From assembly GCA_025558095.1 (NCBI GenBank), contig JAIVFI010000007.1, positions 434,001 through 498,000 on the forward strand: a stretch of DNA of 64,000 bases. Direction: 5' to 3'. How positions within the stretch are numbered: the stretch's first letter is position 1; every line of letters starts with the position of its first letter. Below, in pieces: positions 11,656 to 24,443 of the stretch. The stretch comes from Hyaloraphidium curvatum SAG 235-1 (taxonomy: Eukaryota > Fungi > Monoblepharomycota). The notes under the pieces are model-generated. The model made no database searches and was not told the DNA's origin. It saw only the letters and a program-made list of their open reading frames with translations. A program made the position numbers and the translations under genes.

Positions 11656-14600
11656 ATGTTCCGGAATCTCACCACGAACAAGCTCCTGGCGCTCGGGATC
11701 GCGTTCCATTTCCTCTATGTCGCCTCCATCTTTGACATCTACTTTCGTTCTCCCCTCGTGCATGGAATGGAACCCGTGGATCCGCCTCGGCCGGCTCCGG
11801 CTTCGCGGCTCGTTCTCATCGTCGGTGGGTCGCGGGTCCCGCAAGAAGGACGAGCTCCGTGGCCAACTGGGGACTGCAGCCGACGGTCTGAGGGCGGACA
11901 AGCTGTTCGGGAATCGACTGGAGATGGCGCCCTTTCTCCGCTCCGTCGTGGAGGGCAAGGGGACGTGGGGAGTGTCGCACACGCACGTCCCCACCGAGTC
12001 GCGGCCGGGACACGTCGCGCTCATCGCCGGGATGTACGAGGACGTCAGTGCTGTGACGAAAGGTAGCTTGGAAAGCCGGTGCTGCGCCGAGGTTCCTAAG
12101 CGACGCCACCGTCAGGTTGGAAGTCCAACCCCGTCGACTTCGACTCCGTGTTCAACCGATCGTCACATACCTGGTCCTTCGGCTCGCCCGACATCCTTCC
12201 CATGTTTGCGCATGGCGCGTCACCGAAGGACAAGGTCGACATGTTCATGTACGAGGACGAAGACGAGGACTTTTCCAAAGGTTAGCTGCCCTGTTCGTTG
12301 CTCGCGCATTCCATGACCATCGCCCGCAGATGCTTCATGGCTCGACACGTGGGTGTTTGACAAGGTCGAAGAGCTGTTCCGCAATGCAAGTAGCAACCCG
12401 GAGTTGTCACACCTGATGAGGCAAGATCGCATAGTCTTCTTCTTGCAGTGAGTTGCCCGAAGGCAGCAAGCATGCTTAGGCTGACACCATACCGATAGCC
12501 TCCTTGGGCTTGACACCAATGGGCACGCGTTCCGGCCGCACTCCGACACGTACCTTGGCAACATCCGTTTGGTGGATTCCCGGCTTCCCGCCCTGGTCGA
12601 CCTGTTCGAAGGCTTTTACGGTGACCGCCGAACTGCTTACGTCTTCACAGCCGATCACGGCATGAATTCGCGGGGGGCTCACGGTGACGGGGACAAGGAG
12701 AACACGGAAACGCCGCTCATATGCTGGGGCTCCGGGGTTGCTGGGCCGCGTGGCCGCGAGGAACTGCCGGGGCCAGACGAGAATGGGTGGAAACTTGAGG
12801 ACCTTTCCCGCCACGACGTCGAGCAGGCAGACGTGGCTCCCCTCATGTCGACTCTTTTGGGACTGCCTCCGCCGATGAATTCGGTGGGAAAGTTACCCAT
12901 TGCTTTCCTGGATCCAGCTCTGGGGGACGAGTTTGCTGCCAAGGCGGCGCTCGCAAACGCGCGCCAAGTGCATGCGCAACTGGTCGTCAAGGAGGAGGCA
13001 AAGAGGAGGACGGAGTTGTGGTTTTCCCCGTTTCCCGCACTTGCGGGTGGGGCAGGCGACGACCTTTTAGCACGTGCAGAAGCCTTGGCCACAAAAGGGC
13101 GCTTTGCCGAATCCGAGCGCGTGAGCATGAACGTAGTGGATCTGAGCATTCAAGGAAGCCGGTACTATCAGACCTACGACTGGCTCTTTCTCCGGACGGT
13201 CGTCTCGCTCGGATACCTCGGCTGGATTTCTTTCAGTTCGATTTGGACCGTGATGACGTTCTCATCTGGCCCCGTCGAAAGTTCACCAAGCTCATGGGAT
13301 GACATGGTACGCTCTAGGCAAGCCCGTGTCGCTGCAGAGCCTTGATTGTCTCCCTCGCAAGGCTGACAGAGCCGGGGTGCTTGCGGCGTCACTGATGGCA
13401 GCTTTGCTCCTCTACAAGCGATCTCCCTTCATGTACTACGTTTACGTGGCCTTTCCCATCTTTTTCTGGAGAGAAACCGCGAAGCAATTGCCCGTGCTCT
13501 GGCGTTCTCTGCTTTCCAAGTGGACGCGCAATGAGTGGGCGACCGTGTCCGCGGGCCTTGTCGTCTACGGGTCGGCATTGCTTTGTCTGGTAAGCTGGTG
13601 TCAAATCTTGACGGGACATTGCTCACGTACTGCTCGCAGACAGTTTCATACTTTGATCGGCGCGTTCTGGCAGCTTGCTTTACTGCTCTTGCAGCCGGGT
13701 ATGCATTAGTGCTACCATCACCGGTCAGGGCCAAGAAACGCTCGCTTGTCGTTGCTTGGACTGTCTCGTGCGTTGCGGCTGGGTGGTTTGCACTTCTGCC
13801 CGTTGACCTGCCCGAGAACCTGACGCTAATGTGAGAACCTCTCGTCGTGCGACAAGATGGGATCGCTCACATACATCGTCCACCAGAAACCTCGGGACCG
13901 GTCTGATTGCTGGTATCGGTTTGGTGGCAGCTCGTTCCAGTGATCTAATGGTCATCGATCCTTTGCTTTGCGGCGGGGCACCCGCGGAGCGCCAGCGGAA
14001 GGACATGCTGCGGTTGCTAGCGGTTCAGATCACAATGGTGGTTCTTGCTGGCGCTCTAGTCAACCTGACAAGCAAGGCTTTCGAACGTCGAGATGGACTA
14101 CCGATCCCGAACCAGCTGGCAGCGTGGGTTATTGCCTGTAAGTGCAGCGAGCCTCTCGCTAGTCTGATCTGGCGATGTTCTAATGCTGATGCGGACAGTC
14201 GGATCGATGCTTGTGCCCTTTACTCGGTTGCCGATCTTGGGCCTGTCTGACAATGCACACGACGTGCATTACCTGTTCCGCCTCGTGACTGTTTTCCTCG
14301 CATTTGCTCCCTGCTACGTGCTCCTCACCATTTCCTACGAGGCTCTCTTTTACGGCGTCTTTTGCGCTGGTCTGCTCAGCTGGTTGCTGCTGGAGCAATG
14401 CGCACACGAAGCCACAAAGGCAGACAATGCGAGTGGTGCCGGCCAGAACGGCGGCCACGTGGCCCCTGTTTTGGATGCAGGCCGCGCAGACGGAGTTCTT
14501 GAGCTCATGGGGGGTTTGCGGAAGCGACCGCGGACACGAAAGACAGAAGCCGTCGACGGGAGCTCGTCTGCGCCCGGCGCATCGACGGATCGCACAGCGA

Positions 14601-15073
14601 CGGCGGGCGCAGATCCTACCATTCGGTCGATGCGCTACAGCGACCTTCGGATATCGCTTGTGTTCCTCGTCTTCCTCATCTCGGCCTTTTTCGGCACGGG
14701 CAACATCGCCTCTGTCGCATCCTTCTCGATGGAGTCAGTGCGGCGTTTCCAGTCGGTCTTCAACCCTTTCGTCATGGGCGCGCTGCTCATCTTCCGCGTC
14801 CTCGTGCCCTACTTTGCCCTGTCGGCAGCTTTCGGCGTGCTCAGCCGATGCGTAGATCTGCCGGCCCACGCGCTCTTCCTCCTGACCATCTCGACGACGG
14901 ACATCATGACGTTGCGTTTCTTCTACCTGGTGCGGGACTCTGGGAGCTGGCTCGAGATCGGCACCAGCATCTCGCACTTTGTCATTTCCAGCGGCCTGCT
15001 CGTGTTCAGCATGATCCTGTTTGGCATCAGCAGCCTGCTGGTGGACCGGATCATCGTAGTCGGCTTGCAGTAA
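11656..15073 (+). CDS. MCD4: GPI ethanolamine phosphate transferase 1 (Mcd4/PIG-N), multi-exon
   Basis: [68 protein letters not shown]. Confidence 0.97.
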
Positions 15074-15252
15074 AGGCGCGAGAACGCAACCAGCAGATGA
15101 TGTTGCAGGCCATAGAAAATGGAAAGACGATCTTGGGCCAGTTTTGGCACCGTTAGTCGTCTTCGGGGAGTCTGGATTTGAAGCTCGCCGCGCCCCGAGG
15201 AAGCTTGTCCAAACAAGCGCACTTCAATTCTTGCGAAGCTTCGGACGAACAG

Positions 15253-16004
15253 ATGGCCGACAACGCCTGCGGACGCTGCAGCAAGAAGGTTTGTACCTTT
15301 TTGGCAGGCGCCAATGGTGTCGCAAGACCGATCGGCGGAGGCATCTTCGGTGTTGGCGGGCCGACGCCGGCACTCCGCTGCTGGACACCCACTGCTGGCC
15401 GCCAACCTAGGCCATGCTGAGGACGTCGGCTGATTGTTTCGGATCGGATTCTAAAGCGATGCCTTCCTCCCAGGTCTACGCCACGGAGAGAATCGATGGG
15501 GCCGGCAAGCAGTGGCACAAGCTCTGTTTCCGATGCGCCACCTGCGCAGCACCGCTGAACCTCAAGAACTACGTGGCGGCTAGCGGCGATGTCTACTGCA
15601 AACCTCACGTGCCCATGCCGTCGGCAACGGTCGTCGCAGACCCGCTCTCGGTCGTCGCCGCGGTGGTGGGTCCGGCCGAAAACACTCCCCGTTTCTCCAG
15701 GGCCGTAACTCCTATATCACAGAATGCGCCAAAGCGGGCGGCCGAGGGCCTGAAGAAGACGTCGCTTGCCACGGGCGAGGCCATCGGGATCACTCTCGGC
15801 GCTCTCGACATACAGACGGCCCTGCTCTCGCCCAAGCCGCAGCTGGTGCCCAGCGGGGCCGTGCAGAAAGGGGACGAGAAGCTACTTCGGGAGCTGAAGC
15901 CCGCGGAGATCGTCAACGCATCTGACGCGCCGGAGACCAAGCTGGCGGAGAAACCTTTCGCGGAAATCATCAAGTCGGCGCGGGTCGTCGAGCAGGACCA
16001 ATGA
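15253..16004 (+). CDS. LIM-domain protein (LASP/hillarin-like N-terminal LIM)
   Basis: Spliced CGRCSKKV|YATE...WHKLCFRCATC...YCKPH (intron ~15290-15472), followed by VAD...NAPK. Confidence 0.85.
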
Positions 16005-16183
16005 GGCTTCGACATCGGGGTAGAAGGCACAGCTCCATCTCTGGCATTGTAGATCGTCACAGTCGCAATTGCACTACATCATTGTTCATCATCGACGGAG
16101 GAAAGAGTCGGGTATCGTTCGGGCTGCTTGTGACGAAGTCCACGGGCCAGTGCCTCCACAGCACAGCTGTCATTTCAGCTCAC

Positions 16184-17578
16184 TCATGCCTTCTCGAGCC
16201 ACCGGAAGAAACCGCAGCGTTGACCAACCGCGCGCCCGTTGCCACCGGCGCCAGCACAGCTGTTGGTCCAGGGGTGTTCAATCTTCCCCTTCCTTCCCAA
16301 CAATCCAACCCACCTGTAAAAGTATCGCTCATTATCGCGTTTAAACGCACACTGTAAATCGGCCTTGTTCGCACAGTCGCACGCCGGGGTGTGAGCAGCA
16401 TCGTACTCGTCTCGGTAGCAGCGGAAAGTCAGGTTGATCCGTTCGGAGCCCGAAATGGGATGGCGCTTGAGCGCGGGCAACGTGGAAGTGATCTTCGGTA
16501 TCTCGTGCTTGTAGACTTCTTGCGTCGGAGGGTGCATTATGAGCAGACTGTTGTGAGGCAGGGGCACGAGATAGCTCGGGTACTCTCCCGCACGGGGCTT
16601 CGCCGCCGGGTCCGGGTTGTCGTCGGGATTCATCGGCCGCAGCTTGAACACGCGGCAAGCTCCGAGCGTGAGCGATGCAATCGTGGGCCGTGGGCCGATG
16701 TGCGTCAGCCTGTCCGTGTGCGGACCGACGCCCGATTGGTCGTCGAGGTAGCTATTCGCGAGCACAGTATTGACGGACCTAAAGAATGTTCACTAGCGTC
16801 CAAACAGACGCTATGAGATCCCTCACCACGGGCCCTTGATCTCCAGGCGGTGCCGCTCCCTGCCCTTCATCAGATCGTTGACTTTCTCCTCGATCAGGAA
16901 CTTGGCCCTGACCAGATCATCGGTACAGCGCCGCACGTCCGAGAGGTAGCGTCCGCCGAAAAAGAGGCCAGCGTCTTCCTGCTTCTGAGCGCGGATCTCG
17001 TCGAAGTTGGTGACGTATGTGGCGGAACGGTGCGGAGACTCCGTCTCGCGTTCAAAGATAATGTACCGAGGGGTCTGCCAGGTCTGGCTCTCTTTCATCA
17101 TGAAGCGAAGGATCGAGTCCGCAAGATCCGGAGGCAGAAAGTCGTGGTGGATCGAGAGCGACGGGACATGCGTCCGGACGAGCTCGGGCGTGTCGAGGAT
17201 GACATTGGTGAAAGTGTTGCGTGCCTTCTTGGGTGCAGCGCCTTCCTTCCACTGCAGCGCTTCAAGTGCACTCTTCGTGGTCTCCGCTTCGCCTTCTGCT
17301 GTCTCCGCAGCGCGCGCTTCCGGGTTCGTGAACACGGCGCTCCGAGGCTCCGGTTTCGTAGAGTGGCTCTTTTCGGGAGCCTTGGCAGTGTCCGCGGATC
17401 CGAAGTACTCTGCAATCGAGCGCTTTAGTGGAAGTTTCGGTCGTGCGAAGAGCGCGCTTGCAGCTAAATCGACGTTGCCCCGGGCCCGTTCCAGCGCCGC
17501 GAGGAGTACGGCCTCTGGTTCTCCCGGCAGCACAGATTTCAGCGACTCCAGCGCCGCGGCCCGCGCGTCGGCTGCCAT
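16184..17578 (-). CDS. AlkB-family 2OG-Fe(II) dioxygenase with N-terminal CUE/UBA-like domain and C-terminal GRF zinc finger
   Basis: NSY...HTD...IASLTLGA...H...RINLTFR; LLAALERARGNVDLAASALF; CDC...RYFY...C...CGFFRW. Confidence 0.9.
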
Positions 17579-17945
17579 TGGCGACGCGCGGAAGGCAAGA
17601 GACAGAGAGAGGGCCCGGGACCAAGGCCGGTTCGGCTGCGATTCAAGTTGCCGACTCCCGGGAAACGGTTCCGGCATCCGCGCTACTCCAGCTTCCGCGT
17701 TCCCAAGCTGTCCAGTCCTTCAAAACATTCTGTTCGTCGCTCTGATGAAGCGGCGGGGTCGCTGGACGTGATTCTAAAGCGGAATGGGGTGGTGTGTACG
17801 GAAGCTCGGCCGGGACTAATTAGCTGGGTGTGTACGTAGCCTAATTATTGCCCTTTCTCCAAAGCTTGCCCACCCGCGCGCGCGCAAAACTCAGGCACCA
17901 AACGTCCTCGAATCTGCCCCCCCCCCCAGCCCACGGAAGAAGGCA

Positions 17946-20382
17946 ATGGCGCCTCCGCAGGACCCGGAAAAGTTTCAGATTTCATGCGCTCTATGTGACA
18001 ATTGCGTCGTCTGCAACAGGAACTGCAGGCAGCGCGACGCCCACGAGTCCACGCTCCAGAAGGCCGGCCGCCCTTCCGACTACTTGCGCTGGATCACCTT
18101 GAGCCGTGACAATGCCGAGGTCTGCGGCACGAGAATCAAGGGACAGAAGAAGCTCCAGGCCGGCGACCACTCCGTGTGCAAGACGTGCTACGAGGCAGTC
18201 CGAGCTGCAGGTCGGTTCCCGTTTGAATTCTGGAGGCAGCCGGACTGACAGCACTCCTCCCCTTCAGGAAAACAAGGCACTACTACGAGCAATGAGGACG
18301 TCGACAGCGCGGACGCGGAGAGCTGGGATTTCAAGTGCGTCTGCGGTGCCGAGGGGCACGACTTCGACGACGGCAAGCCCATGATCGATTGCGACGAGTG
18401 CAAGGTTTACCAGCACACAAGGTGCAACGGCATCAACAAGAGGCCCGGCAAAAGCATGAGCTGGATTTGCTCGGGCTGCCAGCAAGGGAAAGGTGGGCAC
18501 TGGATGGTAATTCGTCACGACCGTTACCATCCCCAAGCCACCACGCAGAAGATGGCTCCCAACAGGCTCCGAAGAAAGCACGCATGAGCAAGAAGCATCA
18601 GACGCAGAGCACTGTACCCAAGCCCGCCGTGGTTGTCGAGGAATCCGAGCCGGCATCGGCACCTCTCGACGACACACCGTCCAGAATCACCCATGCTCTG
18701 CCCAAACCGCCGCCCACCCCTTCGAGCGAGTCGTCCGTGGTCGTGGAGGCCGCCTACTTCGAATGGGGGCCCAAGCGGAAGAAGGGAGGAAAGAAGGCAG
18801 ACGAGAAACCGACCAAGCCATTGACGGCCAAGGAGAAGGCTGAGCTCGCTACCGTCTATGAGGGTGTGGAATCGCAGCAATCGCGCTTTTTCTTGCATTA
18901 CGCTCACATGCGATGTTCCAGTCAAGTTTGCGGCTGTAACTGGCACCAAGATGATGGGCTCTACGATGTCCACCGTCCAGCTCGATCTGGGGCCGATCGA
19001 CAGCATCACCATCGCGGCGTTCTAGGGTCAAGCTGCCAAGCAGATCCATAGCCCCAATTGGCACATCGGCGTATTCGTTCCGCACCGCTCGGATGGGGCA
19101 CCTCTGCTCACCTACATCTCGGGCAACCATAACTCGACAAAGCCCAAAGACGTGCATGTCTGCCACGTTACCGATGACGAGGCGCTTCGTAACTTGCTGC
19201 GCCGGCGTCAGCTCATTCCGGGAATCGACATTGTGGAGGTCAAGGGCATCACGTTTGGCTTGTCCCAGGCCGGCGCTCTCGGTGCCCCGCCCCTGTTCGA
19301 CCCCGCCGCCGTCCAGGCTGCCACACAGACTGCCAACCCCTTGGGGACGTCGACCGGTGTGGTAGGATTCGGCGTCTTTGCTGGTTATGTCTATGTCGAC
19401 GAGACTTCCGTGGCCCGAGCAGGTCACTGGTGGGAGAGAAGTTGGAACAGCTGGCACAACATCCAGCCTGCCCGATCGTTTGTCTAAGCTCAACAAGCTC
19501 TACATTCCCGTGTGCAAGACGAGGGGCCACACGCACGTCGGGGACCTGATGACCCGGGTTCACGGCCCACGCTGTTTCCTGATGCACGGCATGTGCCACG
19601 GCCAGTTCGACCTTCAGGACTCCCATCATTGGGTACGGATGGCCGTATGTATCGTTACTTTACCGCGTTGTCTTGTACGCTTACACCGAATTCAGATAGA
19701 GACGGAAAAGAAAGGCTTGACCCCGACCGACCCCGACTACGTCGACTTCGAAAACCCCCCGGGCGGAACGACGGCTCTCGACGCCATTCGGGCATCGCTT
19801 CGGAAGCAAGGTCTTGCCAGGACCGTTCCTGTCATGTCCAAGCCGGACTGGGGCACTGGTGGTGCCCCCCGAGAACAGAATGACGGGAACCCGTTCATGA
19901 GCCCCCTCGCTGCCCCCAACGCGGGCCCCTCGCCAGGTGCGACCGTGCGTACAGCGTCTTTCACACCCATCTGGATGCATCTCCATATTGCAGGCGTGAC
20001 TGAGCCTATGGCCTTTACGCCCGACGGCCCCATGGGCAACTTCAAGCCGACCTACTCCGTTTCGCTGAGCAAGCGCAACGATGACGGTGAGATTGCCGCA
20101 TCAGCTCCGTTGTGGCCCAAGGAGAGACTACTTGGGGACGAGACCGTCTGGAGCATCGTCACGAAGTGTCCCCAGTTCAAAGATCACCACAAGGCTGAGT
20201 GGCAGGACCCTGCAGGGGAAAAGACCATGACCTTTCACCTCCTCCCCTTCGAGATGCTTTCTCCCCAGCAGAAGCTCATCGACGTTCCCGCCGTTGAAGG
20301 GCACATTGCTTTGTACTGCCTCCCTGGGAAGCGCACCAAAGATGTTGTCATGGTCGGGTCCGATCTGTACAGCAACTCGTGA
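17946..20382 (+). CDS. Transposon-borne PHD-finger / Cys-His-rich protein (multi-exon, apparent premature TAG at 19023)
   Basis: After intron 18211-18267: FKCVCGAEGHDFDDGKPMIDCDECKVYQHTRCNGINKRPGKSMSWICSGC (C4HC3 PHD); further introns 18493-18548 and 18864-18921; in-frame TAG at 19023-25 in the predicted exon. Confidence 0.7.
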
Positions 20383-20444
20383 ACGAATTTAACATCTGTT
20401 ATTTGCAAGTAATCGCAACGTTACATTAGTAGCCCTGTACTCGT

Positions 20445-21509
20445 TTAGCAGTCAAAGTCAATGCGGTATCCCGCCCCTTTGAAGCAAGCCCGTGCCATGG
20501 CCTCAGTAATCTGAGTGCACATGAAGTTGATAGCGTCCTTTGCGTCTGGAAACGTCCTGACAAAGTCCTCGTACCTCCTCATGAGCTGCTTGAGGTGAAA
20601 AAAGGAGTGCTCAATGGGGTCAAAGTCCGGGGAGTATGGTGACAGGAACTCGAGGAAAACTCCGAATCTCTCGCAGAGAGGACGAATGCGCGGATCCTTG
20701 TGGATGCTTGCATTGTCCAGAAGGATGACACTGAACGTTGGAATGCGTGGGAGGAGGTCCTTCTCGAGAAAGTCGCAAAAGTCAGCCCCTTTGATTGACC
20801 CCTCTTGAATGCGCCAAGCAACGTAGCCCTTCATGTCCATAGCGGCCAGGATGCTGTACTTTTGGCCCCTCACAAACGGAACGGAAGCAATCGCACGTAG
20901 CCCAATGGGAGCCCAGCCGTACTTGCGGATAAGCGTGTTCTCGTTGTACCCTGATTCGTCCACGGCTACGATCATTCGCGGGTCGTACTTTGATATCCTC
21001 AGCTGGAAATCAATGCGCTGTGCTTCGCAGCGCTCCTTTGCCGCCGTCTCGACGACCTTCCGGGTGATTCCGTTCCGGTGGAGGAGTTCCCAAAGAGCAC
21101 TGACGGAGAACTGTACTCCATAGGCATCCGAGACGCGCGAGACGATCTGATCCAGGTAGAGAGTGTTGTTTGCCACGACAAAGTCTACGACTTGCTGCTC
21201 CTGGCCCGGGCTCAGAAGGCGTTTGCGTCCTCGGCGGCCGGTGAGCGGGCTCGTCACGCAGCCCCACGTCGTGAAGCAGGTAACGACGCGGGCCACGCTC
21301 CGACGAGAAACCAAAAGCTCCCGTGCGATCTGCGCCTTTGGCTGGCCGTCTGCCCATTTGCAAATGATCCTCCACCGCAAAGCGTCAGGCAGGGCGCGAG
21401 TGGTTCCGACAGGAGACCGTGTCGAGCGGACGACTCTGTTTGCTCCATTAGAGCACGCCAGGTGGAAGGCAGCAACAAATATGAACCTTCTCCACCGGAT
21501 TGGCGGCAT
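20445..21509 (-). CDS. IS630/Tc1-type transposase, DD34E
   Basis: HTH (KAQIARELLVSRRSVARV), AVDESG, LLDNASIH-x-SPYSPDFDPIE with 34 residues between D and E; start approximate. Confidence 0.93.
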   Translation of the reverse strand: MPPIRWRRFIFVAAFHLACSNGANRVVRSTRSPVGTTRALPDALRWRIICKWADGQPKAQIARELLVSRRSVARVVTCFTTWGCVTSPLTGRRGRKRLLSPGQEQQVVDFVVANNTLYLDQIVSRVSDAYGVQFSVSALWELLHRNGITRKVVETAAKERCEAQRIDFQLRISKYDPRMIVAVDESGYNENTLIRKYGWAPIGLRAIASVPFVRGQKYSILAAMDMKGYVAWRIQEGSIKGADFCDFLEKDLLPRIPTFSVILLDNASIHKDPRIRPLCERFGVFLEFLSPYSPDFDPIEHSFFHLKQLMRRYEDFVRTFPDAKDAINFMCTQITEAMARACFKGAGYRIDFDC

Positions 21510-21861
21510 TTGTTCTCGAGCTCGGGGTGCACGGGCGATTCCAATTCGGGGCTGTCCGGTGTGGAGCGCGCGCGCGGGTAGGGTGGGCAAGCTTTGCCGA
21601 AACGGCCATAGCTGGGTGTGTACGTAGCCGTGCGTTGCACCTTTTGACCCTCCCTTCCAGCGTCACCCACCAAACGCCGGGCCACGCAACCCACGGACGC
21701 GCCGATTGCGGGCACTACGTTGGGCTCCCTATCATAATCCCGTTTCGTTTCGACGCGGGTGTCCACCACGAGAGCGCCAAGAGGGCGGGCCCGGGCAGCC
21801 CGGGACGCGCCGGTATTCAACATCACGCAACATACCCGGGACCGCTCCCGAAAACGCCGCG

Positions 21862-22862
21862 ATGGCCTCCTCCGCAACAGCAACCTTTGTGCCGACGGTT
21901 CTTCTGTACGCATCATTGGTCCACGGCCGCCTTCGTGTCCGAATGAGCTGATCTTTCTCGTCCTGTCACCCACGCCGCGACTTCATGTTTGGACCAGCAC
22001 CGGCGTTTCGCGTGGGATCGGGTTCGGCATAGCCAAAGCGCTGCTCGAGCAACACGGTGCCAACCTCGTCGGAATCGCGCGGACGGAGACTGCCGAACTT
22101 GGGGAGCTGAAGAAGCTGGGAGGCAGTCGGTTCCACCATGTCCAGGGCGACGTGACAGACCTATCGGTCGTGAAGAAGGGTGAGATGCTCGGTCGTTGCT
22201 TGAATAGCAAGATGCTGAAGGCGATCGACAGCGGTTGCGGACTCGGTCGATCGTTTCGGCGCCCTAGACTCCGTGATTCTCAACGCGGGCGTCCTCACGC
22301 CTTTGCTTCAGCTGCGGGATTCGGGGTCGGAGGATGTGATCAAGCAGTACATGGAAGGATACAACATCAACGTGGTTTCGAACGTTGCCCTGATCGCCGC
22401 GGCGGTTCCGCACCTGCTGCCATCGAAGCTGCCTGGGGGCCCGCGGGTTCTGTTTGTCTCTTCGGGAGCAGCGGAGCGGGCCATCTCTGGCTGGGGAATG
22501 TACTGCTCCAGCAAGGCCGCGCAGTGGTCCCTGTGCATGCAGCTGCACAAGGAAGAGCCCGAGATCATGAGCGTCGCCATCCGCCCCGGAATCGTGGAGA
22601 GCCACAGTGGGTTCCGCCTGAGCTCGCGATTAACCGCGACCTGACTGATGCACTTTCGTGTGCAGTGCAAAAGACGATCCGCTCGGACGTGGGCAAGGCC
22701 GGGATGCCGGACTCGGAACGCGAGTTTTTCCTGAAGGTCAAGGAGGACGGCAAGCTCGGAGACCCGCTGGTCGTTGGGGCCGGCATCGCCAAGATCGCCC
22801 TGACGTGCCCGAAAGAAGCGGCCGGGAAGCTGCTGGACTGGTCCGACAAGGTCTTCGGCTAG
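21862..22862 (+). CDS. Short-chain dehydrogenase (sepiapterin/benzil reductase-like), multi-exon
   Basis: Spliced LLTGVSRGIG, ILNAGVL, FVSSGAA, MYCSSKAA. Confidence 0.88.
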
Positions 22863-22888
22863 AGAGAGTTAGAAGAGAGACGTGTTGC

Positions 22889-24381
22889 CTAGTACGGCCT
22901 GAACTTGCGCTTCTCGCGCATGTCGGCAATCTTCTTCTTGTCCTTTTGTGTCCATGCAGGTGAGAGCGAGCAGCCAAATTGCGCCGGGTCCGCCCACCTC
23001 TTCGAACTTTCTCCGCAGCTCCACGAGCTCGCCGACCTTCTTCTGTCGGATCTGGAAGCGGTAAAAGTCCTGGAGCTCCTTCTTCTTGGGCTTCACGGCC
23101 GCAGCATCTTCGCGGCGGAAGCTCTGCACGGTCGCCCCTCCGCGGCCGCGCGCGGTGTTCCGGCCCTTCTTGGCGCGCACCACCAGGGTAAAACCTTCTT
23201 CGTCCGTAAGGTTCCGCTGCGCCAGAGCCGACAGGCGCGCAGATCGCTCCTCGGTTTCGAAGCGCTCAATCCAGCCGTCCACCAGCTCCGCCAGCTTCCG
23301 CTGATCGGGATGGGTTGCCTCGTCAAAGTACTTCCACTCTGTCGATTCAGAGTGAGCTGTCAGCAAAAAGCAACGACGAGCTCAGAATCTTTCATCACTC
23401 ACTCTCCGTGCCGACCAGGTTGGCCCCGCGCTCTCCTGTGTCCGCACCCTCGGGAACGGTTCCGTCCCAACGCCGCTCCAGCGGCTTCATCGCCAGCGCC
23501 AAATCCACCGAGTCCACTTCCCTGAACACGACGTGCACCGTGGTCCCCGCGGGATGCGGAAGGTACGGCACGGGCCGGAGCGGCAGCAGCGCGTCGAACG
23601 GGTCCTCCTCGGCCCCCAGCTGGCGGTCCCTGTCCGAGTCGCCCCAGACCACCCTCTCGACGGGCCCGCATTCCGCAAACAGGTTCGCGAGGTGGAAATC
23701 CGTCGCATCGGCGGGGATGCCGGTGCAGAAGAGGGTCCGGCCGCGGGGCAGGGGGTCGTCCGACTTGCGGGATTCGTGCCGCCGGAAGAGGAGGTTGTGC
23801 ACGATCGGGATCCGTTCGACCTCAGCGTCCGCGAGCTTCTGCGACATCCGCACCGCGGCTTTGGCGGTCCTGGGGAACTCCTTGGTGACGACGAGGGGGG
23901 GCATAGTGATGGGGAGGACCTTGAAACCGGCGAGCTCCCCGAGGCGGTCCGAAGGTTTGGCGGCCTTTGCTGCCTTTGCTTTCGGGGCCGCGGGAGTGCT
24001 CTTGGATGCCCCGCCTTTTGCAACGGGTTTCGGTCCGGTTCCCGGCCGTTTCGGAGGCTCGCCGTCCTCCGAGTCCGATTTTGACGACGAAGAGGAAGAG
24101 GACGGAGGGGCGGGCCGCTTTCCACCTTTCCTCCCCGGTTCTTTCTTCCCACCGGTGCCATTTGCTGGAGGCACGGGTTTGCCGGACCCTTTGGCCGCGA
24201 GCTTCTGGCCCGCGGGCAGCTTTACAGCACGGACCGGTGTCTCGGCCGAGGCGTCCTCGCCGGCCCCAGTGTCCGCCAGGGGAGTCTCCAGCCACGCCGC
24301 CTTCTTCTTTGGCTTCCCCGTCATGGGAAGCGGGACGCCTGCGAGCTGCTTCCGCTTCCGCGGCGGGTCCGTCGCGGCCAT
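22889..24381 (-). CDS. RRP7: Ribosomal RNA-processing protein 7
   Basis: RTLF RRM-like region, DEEGFTLV, LQDFYRFQIR, RRKFEE|DKKKIADMREKRKFRPY. Confidence 0.93.
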
Positions 24382-24443
24382 TGTTTGGGTTGTTTATGCG
24401 CGGGACGTCTCATCAGCGACGATCGAGTCGGACCACGACGCCG

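Larger units (their letters stand above)
17848..21608. mobile_element. IS630/Tc1-mariner DNA transposon (3761 bp) with cargo gene
   Basis: Imperfect TIRs TTGCCCTTTCTCCAAAGCTTGCCCACCC (17848-17875) and reverse complement TGGCCGTTTCGGCAAAGCTTGCCCACCC (21581-21608), 24/28 identical and each followed by a (GC)n tract; flanked by TA at 17846-47 and 21609-10. Confidence 0.9.
17816..21628. repeat. 25-bp tandem duplication CTAATTAGCTGGGTGTGTACGTAGC; second copy split by the transposon
   Basis: Copy 1 = 17816-17840; copy 2 = 17841-17847 + 21611-21628. Confidence 0.85.

Noticed and set aside
17821-21629. 21-bp direct repeat read as a long TSD or LTR
   Set aside because: Better explained as a TA insertion into a 25-bp tandem duplication; the TIRs and TA fit IS630/Tc1.
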